Source: Paragordius varius
Taxonomy: Eukaryota > Animalia > Nematomorpha
Length of the DNA: 64,000 bases
Assembly: GCA_964247055.1 (NCBI GenBank)
Contig: OZ176053.1
Coordinates: forward strand, 7,254,001-7,318,000
Reading direction: 5' to 3'
A program made the position numbers and the translations under genes. The stretch's first letter is position 1, and each line of letters begins with the position of its first letter. Of the stretch, positions 1 through 12,042 are shown piece after piece. The notes under the pieces are model-generated. The model saw only the letters and a program-made list of their open reading frames with translations, was not told the DNA's origin and did not search any database.

Positions 1-599
1 TTATATTATTATTTTTTATTATATAATTTATATGACATTGTATGTACAAGTATTCTAATTATAGTTGCCAACTTGATAACCTTAAATTATACGACATTGT
101 ATTTAATAAGTAATCTAATGACTATTATATATATGGATATTTTATATGACATTGTATTTGATACAAATAGTATTCTAATTTATTATTGTAATTTATCCTT
201 GCTAAAATATATAAATACACCTATACCAACACTGAGCTATCAGTTAATAAATGTACTTAATTTGAGTTATTAATTCATATGTCGTCTCTATTCTAAACGC
301 ATTAGTATGGTCCTTTAATATCCTATTTTTTATCACAGGACAAATGTCCTACAACTTTGGAAAAGTTTTTTGAAAGTGATTCTTCAAAAATATGGTTAGA
401 GTCCCTACATGATCAAGCTTCTCTCTTATGTTATTAAATTGATAGAAGGTGACAAAATTTCGGCAATTGAATTAGTCAATTAAGTTAGAACCTAATTTTA
501 ATGTCAAGAAAGGTTAGAAAATAATTTTATAACATTAACCATCCGCATATAAATAATTTAGAAAACCTAGGCATAATAAATCGCCAAGATATCCTGTTC

Positions 600-1116
600 C
601 ATATAAAAATGTTTTATACAATCTGTAAAGATTATTTGGAAGACTGGACGACGCAATTCAATGAAATTGATCATTTTCATTGGATAACATTAAAACCATA
701 ATTTAATTGGTGCGATGTTCAAAAATCATTTGATTATACCTGTCAAAAATTCTTAGTTAAAAGATATTTTAATAATGAAAAACTTAAATTATGGACAAAA
801 AAATATACGGTAGAAAAGAAATGGTTGGAAATATTTCATCATTTTGAAGCCAACTATATTACATACAATAATATTTAAAAAAATATGGAATTTTCACTAT
901 CTTTACCTGGAACCAACGCTGCTACTGAGCGCGTTTTTTCCACAGATCAGGTGTGGACATCGGAAAAATCAAATTTAAATGTTGAACCTTTAAAGGCCGT
1001 TTTATCTGTCAAATATAATTTGACAAATGTATAAAAATTTTTGGTTGTACCCCCCAATGCCCCCCCCCCTTCTCAGATTTGTCCCGCTTTTTCCTTCAAA
1101 AAATCTGGTCACCTTA
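600..1116 (+). mobile_element. Degenerate hAT DNA transposon, 3' part: transposase pseudogene fragment plus right terminal inverted repeat
   Basis: 885-1034 translates MEFSLSLPGTNAATERVFSTDQVWTSEKSNLNVEPLKAVLSVKYNL, the hAT C-terminal dimerisation motif (LPxTNAxxERxFS). The upstream remnant reads LEDWTTQFNEIDHFHWITLK with stops. The terminus AAATCTGGTCACCTTA (1101-1116) is the reverse complement of a TAAGGTGACCAGAT hAT-type TIR. The left boundary is uncertain. Confidence 0.8.
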
Positions 1117-1898
1117 TATATGGCGCTTACTAAATTTTTTTCGGATTCTTAAAGTTTATCATATATTCTATACTTTAAAAATTGAGTCTCTCAAAACTCA
1201 AAACGTACAAAGGGACCTACAAATTTTACACACTATGTTTATATAAATAAATATACTTATATTAAAATGACATTTTGCAGCAATCAGTAATATTTATTAA
1301 TCAATTTTAATGCCAAATATGTTTTTCTTGAAAATAGAAAGGATTAAAAATATTTTTCGGTCGACGATTTTAAAAAAAGTTATTTTTATTTATACTTTCA
1401 ATTAATTTATTCTATATATTTTATGTTTTAAAGTTGTATTGTCAGAGCATAAATATTTATATATATATATATATATAAAAAATAATCTGGAAATTTTGGC
1501 GTATTAAGTTTGAGTTATTAAAATATCAATCTATTAATAACTAAAATTATTATACAAATGTAAAATATAACTTTATTCCCTAAAGACACTGTAGAAGCTA
1601 TTGAAATTAAAGCCTATGTTAAGGATACTTTATTACGAATTATATGAAAAACACTATTAAGTATTTTTGACCACTCCCAAGTTATAACATTTGTTTAACG
1701 AAATTAATTTGCCTTGTAATAAAAAATGATATAATAAATTTATTTTTATCATCAAGGAGATATATGTATTTTTATAATAACTCGTGTCATAGAGGCTAAA
1801 GATACAATATTATAAAGCATTATTTCTTAATGTGCTCAGTACTAATAGGTAGATTGCTGACGTGAGATATTAGGGGTGAAGTGATGTTTCCTCACTAT

Positions 1899-2478
1899 TC
1901 ATGGAGAGAGTGGAGAGAAGGTTAAAAAACCTTCGGTAGAAATTTGATCATGAAGGCCAGAATTTTTATCACTTTGTGATATATCATGTTGTACTGGAGT
2001 ATTTGATGCTGTATTACTTATCATAGTACAACTCACTGTATCCATTAATTCGTGAGATAAAAGAGTATCAGCGTTGTGATCAGGCCTCTCAAGCACAATA
2101 TCCATAGCGTGCTCCTTATGCTTTGTCATATCATGTACTGTTGTTCGTGAATAATCTTCTTCATTATCCAAACAATGAAAATTTTGTATATGTGGAAGCG
2201 GTCGTTTTATTTTAGGTCTGTGAGAGGTGAAAAACCTTTCCAGAGTTGGTGGAAGGGTGGGCGCAGTTATGTGACAATTTGGTTTGCAACGAAAAGGATT
2301 ACCTAAACATCGCCTATGTGGTGGATCACACTCTAAATATAATAATTATTGAATTACAGTAGAAAGTCTTAATCAACTAATAATTTAGCATTCAAAAATG
2401 AAAATTGTTACTGGCTTTGATAGGAGGCCCAAATATCATTCCAAACAATAAGGAACTAATGGAAATAAAAATAATCAT
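1899..2478 (-). CDS. Putative small secreted orphan protein (about 166 aa, two coding exons: 2478-2412 and 2332-1899)
   Basis: Joining across a 79-nt GT-AG intron (2411-2333, phase 1) gives MIIFISISSLLFGMIFGPPIKA-KCDPPHRRCLGNPFRCKPNCH..., continuous with track ORF 1899-2171. The hydrophobic N-terminus looks like a signal peptide. No homolog recognised. Confidence 0.55.
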
Positions 2479-3545
2479 GATCAAAAAAATTTTCTAAAGG
2501 TAGAGATATGATTAACTATAATTAAAACGACACGTTTAAATAAAAAAGGGACCAACTATTATCTAATCTTTTGCCGATTATTTGGCATGTTTTTAGCAAT
2601 AGAAATTTAACTTTTAGTTGTTGTATATACAACTTAAGATAACTTGGTATCAAATGCAATAATTTTGCTTTTTAAAGAAACGTAAACAATGTGTACCTGA
2701 AAAAATGTAAATTACACTTTTCCAAATAAATGCAATTAATGGTTTAATAATTTTTTTCTCAAAAATGCACTTAGGGTTAACTCTCATAAGCAGTATTAAC
2801 AATACTATTTTCTTGAGCAATTAAAATGGGAAAATAAAGGGCACAAATATTATAAATTACGCCACATTTTTCGTATTGAAAAACAGCAGAATTTCTTCTG
2901 GTTTTAAATAAGTACAATCATTTGTAAATAGTGATCAAAAGACGCCTATCATATTCCATCTAAAAAAAGAATAAATTTCAAAACAACTTTAATCTCATAT
3001 AAGGCCCATTTGAGCCCTGAATTATCCTCGTAATTTTGCCACTTAATTATAACTATAATTAGCCTAGCATATAGTAGCGAATAGTATGTCTAACATATTA
3101 AACAAGATTTAGTTTATAAAATATAAAAAATAAAAAAGTTTGTTAATAAAATTATAATTATTGATTTTTATTTAATTAAGGATTAAAAACATAGATAAAG
3201 ATAGAGATGGAAAATTTGAATGGAGTTAATACACCATACAAGATTCAAAAACATTTTACGAATAATATAATTATTTTAAATGACCAAGAATTATTTTAGC
3301 GGAAAAATCAGTTGCTATATTTAATTTTATAAAAGCTATTTAAATTATAAATATGTTAAAAATCTTTTTCTAATTTACATAGAAAGCTTAATTAATTATT
3401 TAGTTAAAATGGAAATAATTGTTTGATAGGGGGAACATCCGTGTTTTTATCGAAATAATATATATAAAATACATAATTCCAAATTTATTATAATAAACCT
3501 AAATTTTAAATTTTGGTTCGTATTTAATCTTTCGTAGGTTTACAT

Positions 3546-4545
3546 CAGGGCTTTGAAGCGGAACCATGGAAAGGAAAAACCCGAATACGAGACATGAGCA
3601 GAAACCGGTTCCATTGGGCTGGAACTAACCTAGTTCAATTCCCACTTTCCTGGAACCAGTTCTACTGTTCCACCTCCAAAATAAGTGGTTCCCATATTTT
3701 TTCATTGTCAAAAAATATTTTACTGTTTATTTAAGCTATTATTTAATATTGATTGGATAATACATTTTCTTTGTATCCATCAAAATGGATAAACTACCAT
3801 GATTTTAAAATTGTTTAAATATTATTTTAAATAAAATTGATCATATGCTAAGATTTTTCGTATCCGATTATAATGGAGTTACGATGTTGACATTTTTTGA
3901 TTATCTTACTTTTAACACTTGAACAAAACCACAGACATCGTAGATTTTGTTTTTATAAAAGAACATTTACCTTATTAATTAATGAATCTGGTAAAAAACT
4001 AATAAGCCTTCATAATCAATTACCCATAACGAAACGCGAGCCACAGGCTATATAAAGCCCTCAAGATTTTTTATGATACAGATTTAAAAATATTAAAATT
4101 TAATCATGTAAGGTTAAATTAAGCGTAACATATTCAGGCTTAAAACATAAATAAAAACTTTACGCTTTTTATGTTTTCAGATTTAAGAAAAAGTCTGACG
4201 ACCGAATTGTTTAGGACAATCATTTACAATTAAATAAAGATTTTCTCCATAGATGCGATAGTTGATAAAAATGCATTTATTACCTTTGTACTTCTATTTT
4301 TTTAAATAAATGTTTTGATTTCCAATAATATTTTGGTTTATATTACAATAAAAATGTTGCATGAAAATCATTAAATAAAAAGTTAGGAACCAAAATAGAA
4401 TCGGTTCAAATGTAAAGAACCGGTTAACCGTTAAATTAAGGAACTAACCCGATTCCAGTTCTACTTGCTTAGGAACCACGCCTTTCCATTTTAAAATCTT
4501 AGGAGCTAGACCGGTTCGACTTTTTTTAACCGGTTCGAAGCCCTG
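3546..4545. mobile_element. Non-autonomous hAT element (MITE), 1000 bp
   Basis: TIRs CAGGGCTTTGAAGCGG ... CCGGTTCGAAGCCCTG. Perfect 8-bp TSD GTTTACAT at 3538-3545 and 4546-4553. Many subterminal GAACC/GGTTC motifs. No transposase ORF. Confidence 0.9.
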
Positions 4546-5376
4546 GTTTACATTTTAAAATCAGTCCAAAAATAAAATAAATCACAATAATAAAATATAT
4601 TTATGCCGTAAAGATTATTTTTATTTTAAACACAAAGATGATCTCACGGTAATGGTCATAGATAATGTCCGCTTTCTAGTCTTATTCGCTGTGCTCGTAA
4701 TTGGATATTTAGATTGCCCTGATTTATTTATACCACGATATTTATGCCAAAATTATTGTTAAATATTTTAACAACATTTTAAAAAATGTAGATAAACTAA
4801 CAGATCATAAATAGGGTATAATATAATAAAAAATCTTAAATTTATCGGTCGGTGCTAATGTCGAAATTATTTTTACCCGTTAATTATTTGGCCATTTAAA
4901 ATATTATATACACATTTTTAGTGGTTAAAATTGAAAGATATAATTTGGAAAACTTTTAAATTTAACAATAATTAAATATATTATCTAACCAATATACTCT
5001 ATAAAATTATAATTAAAAATCAATTTTTTGCAGCTCATGTCCGCTTACCATAAAAAAACGAAAAATACCAAAACAGTTTATCTTTTTGATACCAATAGCG
5101 ATACTTAATTTTTAATGTTTGAAATTCATGATTTGTTAATTATTGAATTTAATCTTTGGTGCCGTAAGGGGATAGCAAAGTAAGTGTGGTAGCAATAGCT
5201 GAAGTTAATATTTCAAATATTTTTTACAAAGTTTTCAATACTTTACCGCGTCAATAATGACGGTGCGCTAATTAAATCTAACCCATGTGTTTAAAAACTA
5301 TTTTGTAACATCTAAACTAAAGCTCATTATATAATGATTCATTTTAAGGATATATTAATGTATATAAACCCATCTC

Positions 5377-6507
5377 CTAATCTGGGTTTAACTCCATGAT
5401 TCTTTCCTTCATGGCTTTGACTTTGCCCCACCCTTTTAAATCTGAGGTTGGCACTGTTGATATCGCAATCATTGGAGGAACCAAAAGTGTTTGATTTGCG
5501 TCGGCACTAAAAGGATTATGTTGTGGTGTGTCACCCATCAGCGATGTACTTTTTGACGATAAGGGTTGTGGTAATAAAGTTTTGGTAAAAATACTTTGAT
5601 TATTCTCCACCACATTGTTAAATTTATTTTTGAAGGATCGTTTAGCCGTTAACAATGCATTACGTTTACCTTTTAAAGGCTGATATAATCTAGATGACGT
5701 GGGATACGAGATTTGATTCGTATCAATCAGAATGCGTAATTCATCTAAATCACGAACTCTGTGTTGTTGTCCTACATTTCTCCCAGCAGCGGCATAATTA
5801 TTGGTTTGTTGTTTATAGTTTTGCCGTAATGTATTAGATTGTAAATTGAGCTCTTTACCCAAATATTTGGTGGATTGTTGAGATTCAGATTCTAATACAG
5901 TAGGCATTTCTTCAGTATTGTAAGCGTTTCTTACAGTCGCATCCCCTTGGACCGAAATCGTAGGAGATGTAGGTTCAATAATTGTCGGTATGTTTGGCGG
6001 TGGGAAAAACATAGAATTTGATATACCATCCCATATAATATCTTGTTGAACGTTTGAGAACTTATTATGCTTGTCATTTGTCTTCCTTTTTGTATTATCT
6101 TTATAAACCAAAAAATAATTATCATTTAGTGGCATATTCATGGTATTAATTTTCTTGCTTTTATAGGATTTATTGTAACGCATTGAGCTGTTGATGTTGG
6201 TGTTGATAATATTATCACGCTTAAACAATAGTAATAATTGTCGAAGTATTGATATGAAATAAGTTAACCATAGCATTAATTTTAACTTGTAGACTTGATT
6301 AATGTATATGAAGAGGAATGTTAGGAGACAAACTATCATAATTAGAGCAGAAGCCCGTATAACTTTAATGGAAAACAGATTTTTGGACATATACACCGGT
6401 TCTTCGTGATCTAACCCCGTATCCTTAATAGTCGTCATTAAATTAATATTTATATATAATTCAAATCCAAAAAAAATTAAAAATGAATATAAATATAAAT
6501 AATACAC
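5377..6507 (-). CDS. Orphan membrane protein with 1-2 N-terminal hydrophobic segments and a long S/T/N/Q/P-rich tail; likely ATG at 6438
   Basis: A 376-codon open frame is far longer than chance in this AT-rich DNA. Hydrophobic stretch VIRASALIMIVCLLTFLFIYIN...LMLWLTYFISIL. No recognisable domain; upstream exons not excluded. Confidence 0.6.
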   Translation of the reverse strand: MYYLYLYSFLIFFGFELYININLMTTIKDTGLDHEEPVYMSKNLFSIKVIRASALIMIVCLLTFLFIYINQVYKLKLMLWLTYFISILRQLLLLFKRDNIINTNINSSMRYNKSYKSKKINTMNMPLNDNYFLVYKDNTKRKTNDKHNKFSNVQQDIIWDGISNSMFFPPPNIPTIIEPTSPTISVQGDATVRNAYNTEEMPTVLESESQQSTKYLGKELNLQSNTLRQNYKQQTNNYAAAGRNVGQQHRVRDLDELRILIDTNQISYPTSSRLYQPLKGKRNALLTAKRSFKNKFNNVVENNQSIFTKTLLPQPLSSKSTSLMGDTPQHNPFSADANQTLLVPPMIAISTVPTSDLKGWGKVKAMKERIMELNPD

Positions 6508-8224
6508 TCTAAATAATATATAATACAGTTAACAAGTATTTTATTTAAAACCTTTAGACCTTATTTTCAAAAACGCTTTTCTATCCTCCATTAATTTATA
6601 TTGGTTTAAGGCAGGAAGGATGGATAAAGTGATTTTTTGATTAAAGTTAGAATGCTTACACGGTCTTATATAACAACATCGTGTAAGCTTTAACTTTGCT
6701 GTGTTGTCAATGTTAAAAAATTTTTAATAAAACGCTACTGCTTTCACATATATATATATATATATATAACTGTAAATCTATTATACTTATTTAATCCCAT
6801 ACTTATTAATTTTTTGTATTTATTTTAATGATGGTGTGTGAAAATTTATGTACATAACTGGTTTCTCAGCGCGAAAACAAAAAAGTGTTAATTTCTTTTG
6901 CTATCACATGTTTTTTGTTATTTTTCGACAAAACTGTTGCATCTTCGATAAAAATCTTTTGGAAATTATATTAAAGCCATTAAAAAATTATATGGCTATT
7001 TTTTCCATGAGCATTTTATTAAGAACCAAGGTTAGTTGTTAACCACACTCTAAGTAACATCTTCCAAAGTTTGTATAAGAAAATACCATAGAATGAAAAT
7101 GAAAAACCGACGAATTGCACAATGTGATTTCGAGATTGGCTAAACTTTCTAGTTAGCGGTAATTAATCAATGCCTTGTACATTTTTGTTTTAGAATTTTA
7201 AGCAGAATGAATGCCTTTGTTTGAATATAACCCGTGTTCTATTAAATACAAAAGTTTTAGCCTTGACAATCCTGCACAAAACAATGAATAATGATTATGC
7301 ATAATATTTTTTATAACATTTGGTTTTTGTATACTAATTTAAGATACCATATTATATAGTAACTAAGAATATAAGCGAATAAGATTAGGTATACTGGAAT
7401 ATTAAAATTTGATTTTTCCTACGAGTACAATAAAAACTTTTTTCAATTTGTGTGGTAGCTATTGTTAATAGTTTTTCAACGAAGCATAGTATATACCCAA
7501 CATTATATTATTTTTAAAATTAGGATTACATTTATCACACAATGAAACTGATAATATAGAGAAAAACGAACTAAAATATAAATAAATATATTTCAAAAAG
7601 ACAACTATATTTTTTGAACCTTGAGATTGAATGGATATACACAATTTTAAAATATATAATTAAAAGTGTTGCCAATTCACATTTCTATTTTTTATTTTTA
7701 GAGCGAAAATGATAGGTTCTTTTTTAAAAAATCAGGGATTAAAAATATGCTTGTTTTAGAAAAAATATATCTTTAATTTTTACCTTTTGTCTATATAATT
7801 CATTGTTAACGTATTTTCCGCATAAATTAATTGACTGCATTTTAAACTTTTTTGGCCAAGAGAGAGGGATAAAGTTTTATTTTTTCCAAAATTCCAATAT
7901 TTTTTACGGGACCCTTTATCGCCTTAATTGGTGTTTTGAGATTGCCTATATACCCTCAATTTACAAGGAATATTCAGTTTATTTTATCAAACCTACTTTT
8001 TTGCTTAAGTTATTTTTGGTAGGAATGGGGAGGCATAGCTTGCGTTTCTTGCGCTTGGTGCGAATCGTGATTGCCCCCCCTCCATGCAAACCCTTTTATT
8101 TTAAAAAAATAATCGAATTCAAACCGTGGTCATAACTACTCATAAATGGGTGATTTTTTTGTGTATGATTAAAAATTATAACCTTTAAATACATATTTTT
8201 TGAAACAAAACTAAAAAATTTTTA

Positions 8225-8296
8225 AAATCCGGCGCCCCTTTGACTATGGCGCCCGACGCCTCAAATCCCATCTCTCCCGCTCTAACTACGCCACTG
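8225..8296. mobile_element. Solitary end of a hAT-type MITE
   Basis: GC-rich GGCGCCC motifs ending in TACGCCACTG, the reverse complement of a CAGTGGCGTA terminus typical of hAT MITEs. The partner end was not found. Confidence 0.45.
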
Positions 8297-8769
8297 GGAA
8301 TGGGTTTTATTATAACTATATAAATAATATGTATTCTTGTTTGGATGGGTTCATGTATCTTCCCCAAATGTTGAATCCAATTGACATATTTGGTTACGAA
8401 AATTCTTTCAGAATCGCATTTCAAATAACATCTTTTAAAAATATCCTTTTTATATAATAACACAGTGTTCGCAAAAAGGTATCCTGATGAGATATATATG
8501 TGGGAAAATTTAGCAGGATTATCACGGTTCATTTGGTTTTGGCCAGTACGAGTGATTTAAGAAAGTTATTTAAACTTTTGCGGTAACTTCTCCATATAAA
8601 AAAGGCTAAATTTGCGAACATTTTGTTAAATGAATTTTTTGATGTAGGCTAAGTGCTTCATTCCAAAAAATATTCTTATGATCAAAACAATATTTTTATA
8701 AAATTTTAATTATAAATGGTGCTTCGAAAGTCCCATTTTTTTCGCTCCTATAAAATGGGCTAACATTTA

Positions 8770-9460
8770 TAACCCTTTCACAGTTTTGCTCACGACGACA
8801 TTTGGGTGGTTTATATCCCTAAACTAAATCTGGAAAATAAAGTACTGTTTCGAAAGCTATTTAGTTAAAATCCATTATAAACATAGTTCAAGAAAGAAAA
8901 ATCTTATATATTCCAAGTTTTGCGAATTTTATAGTCTAAAATTGGGACAGCTTCAAAACTAGTTAATTATTTACATTCTCTAATTATAATATTGCCTATT
9001 TTGCGAATAAACATTTTATTACCTTTTGGGCCTAGTTTTATATTCCAGGGAGATTTAAAATTTGAATATCTTAAAAATTATTTAAGCTATTAAGCCGAAT
9101 TAAGCTCATTGTGTAAGAATTTTTTTTAATGTAAAATTATTTCTCAAACTTGTTCGTCACCATTTTTTACTCTTTTTTTAAATCGCATGAACAGGCATAA
9201 ATGTATATTATTGTTAGTAAATGTAAATAGTTAAAAAAATATTTTACTACATTTTATCAGCAAAAACCTGATATATATTAAGTATCCGCTGTCCCAATTT
9301 TAGTCCCTAGAAGTCACAAAACTGTAAAAAATATGAGTTTTTTTATTTAATTCATGAGATGCTTTTTTAACTAAAAAAACTTTCAAAACAATAGTTTATT
9401 TACCAGATTGAAATCTGGGCAACCCCGATGTGTCGTTGCGGACAAAAAATAAGAAAGTAA
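8770..9460. repeat. Degenerate palindromic (foldback/MITE-like) element
   Basis: The left arm ACGACGACATTTGGGT...AAATCTGGAAAATAAAGTACTGTTTCGAAAG mirrors the right arm (reverse complement CAACGACACATCGGGGT...CAATCTGGTAAATAAACTATTGTTTTGAAAG). Inner pair AAAATTGGGACAGC / GCTGTCCCAATTTT. Confidence 0.6.
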
Positions 9461-10250
9461 AGTGTTTATAGTTTTGTCACTTCTAGAGTCTAAAATTAGG
9501 ACAACCCTTAAACACGATTGTAACAAGCAGCCTATGTTAATTAATTATCAAGTTTTTGCTGGTACCATTTAGCTTGAAGACTTTTAAAGTTAAGTATAAC
9601 ATTTCTTAACCATAAAATACAAAATTTCCCCTGTTGCATTAGCGATTTAAAAAAATTTAAACTAAAAAAATGACGGCCAATTTGAGATGAGAATTTTTTA
9701 CGATTTTACATTTTCTAACAATATTTTTTTGTATTATTATGCACCAAGGCTAAAAAATGTATATTTTTATATTTTTGTCCTAATAGCTCACATACTTTTT
9801 AAGATAATCAAATGCCAAATCGCTTTGGAATATAAAACTATCCCAAATGGTCATAGTGTTAAGAAGCGCAAAAGCGAGATTTTATTATTTGTATATTATA
9901 CATTATGGCATAAAAACCCACATTTTTGAAAAATACATTAGCATTTTGAAGCGTTCATGGTATTTTAAAGCCTGATAAAAATATGTAATCGAAATTTATA
10001 AGTAAAAAAAAAACGTTCAGCATGCTCAAATATATAGATCTGCTTTTACAATATCTTAGAGCGTTTACTGTTTTCCTTATGCTTCAAAATATAATGAAGT
10101 ACGCCTCACAAAATTTTGCAGATAATTAATTTAGAAATATGCATTTTTTAAAATATTTTTAGTTGATATAAAAATTTAGCATATATTTAAAATTTTTATC
10201 GCACAATTTTGGCATCTTTGCTTATATCATAAGAGAACTAGCTCATTTAA

Positions 10251-10822
10251 CACTTGGATACAACACACTCATTTTAGTCCTTCGATTCAAATTGGGGTAG
10301 TTGGATACCCCAGGCCTGTTTAAAATCAAATAGTTTAAAAAGTATGGAAGCAATCGAAATCATGGCAAAATTTTGCACTTATATAACATTAATAAACCGA
10401 AATATATAAAAAAAATTTATTCATAAATACTTGATATTACTTATTTTGAGCTAAAACTGAAAAGTAAAAATTTAGTCAACGTGACATGTGTGCGATGGTA
10501 AAATTAAAAAATAATACAAAATAAACCGCTTTTTCTATTTTTATCAATGTTAGATGTAAATATAAAAATAAGTTTTAGTTTTACCTTTAAAATTAAATGA
10601 AGACGATATTTTGCTAAATTTTTGTAAAAAAAATGGCGTCGAAGTAATTTGAGGTGGAACTTTTTTTTCAAAAAATTTTATCAAGATATTTTGGCATATT
10701 TATATAATATTCATCAGGATAGAAGCATAAATTTGAATTGGGACCGTTTCCCAGTAGTTTTTTAAAAAGTTTAATTTAAATTTAGTCTGGGGTATTTAGA
10801 TACCCCAATTCGAATCGAAGTG
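10251..10822. mobile_element. piggyBac-like MITE
   Basis: TTAA on both sides (10247-10250, 10823-10826). Inverted ends CACTT..CGATTC(A/G)AATTGGGGTA..ATACCCCAG; the left end is interrupted by about 25 extra nt. Confidence 0.6.
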
Positions 10823-12042
10823 TTAAAACGGCAAAAAATTTGTGAGGAAGCCACATCGAAATTTTTTTAAACATTGTTTTTCTTTTTCTATGTAGTTTAT
10901 GATATATTTTAGTAATATTTTTTGGAATTAAGCTTTTAGCTTCACAAAAGTGCAAATTTTGCCATTTTAGATAGGATTTACTAAAAAAGCGAGAATAAAT
11001 TATTATAACACTCGTGATGGTCAAAAGCAAAAGGATCATGATAAAACTGACACATTTTCCTATCAGAATATATATATTCCATGGATATTTTTCTACCGAA
11101 TTTGACGTCACAAAAAATTTGCTGTAAGACTATTGGTTAGATGATGTGTGTGGAAAATGAGGATATATTAGCAATTATATGAGCGTGCCAAGCCGCATTA
11201 AGTTTATCGTACAACTATGTAAAAAATGTAAATTTTTACAATCTTAACACCTTAACATATTCATTTTTTTTGTAGACAATAGATTTTTCAATACTTTTGC
11301 ACCTCTTAACTTGTAAAAAAACTGTTGTTATGAAAATTATTTTGGCTAAAAATTTAGTATCAAGCATTGTTATCATCTAATGTTTTCCGTTTTTTCGAGG
11401 CAGAGATCGAAATTTCTCCGAACGATAAATAAAAGCTGATTTATAATAATACATAAATTTGTTGCTAAAGTGTAATTTTAAATCTGTTTAAAGGTAGTTT
11501 AACTATTTATAAACCATAATATACGTTTATTTGCCTTTTATATTAAAAATTTTAAAAAAACGAAAATGTCGCAGTTGAGGTTAGGATTTCGCATTTTCTA
11601 TTCTTTAGATTTTTTAAATTATCTGTTTTCGAATTCGGCCAATTATGAAAATGATATTCAAATTTTCTCTGGAGTTGGTCTACTGGATTATTACTATTTG
11701 AGCTATTTTAAAAAGGATGTGAAAAAATTAAAAAATGTAAACAAAAAGGGTTTTGACAAAGATATATAAACACATTCGATCGGGAAAGACCCCACCCTAT
11801 ATTTAACACTTATTTTTTATTATATAAGCTTTTAAAAATAAATCTTTTATTATATTTGGGTGCATCAATGTAAAATGGAAATTTTTTTAATGTTTCAATT
11901 TGTTCCATATCTTTAGAAATATTAGATATTTAACAAGCCTAGGGTCCCAAGACTAAAATGCATGTGTTGTTGTATGCAAGTGTTAAAGTTTGATCAACAC
12001 ATATTGTATTTCATTATTTCATTTTAACCGGTTGTTATTGAA

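Noticed and set aside
31-190. Three degenerate repeats (TATGACATTGTAT...TATTCTAATT, period about 57 nt) as a CRISPR-like array
   Set aside because: Degenerate AT-rich minisatellite in a eukaryotic context, with no cas genes and no constant repeat/spacer pattern.
6848-11769. Track ORFs at 6848, 7803, 8185, 9687, 10782 and 11566
   Set aside because: Short, F/I/K/L-rich by composition, often with non-ATG starts, and overlapping MITE remnants; no protein motifs.
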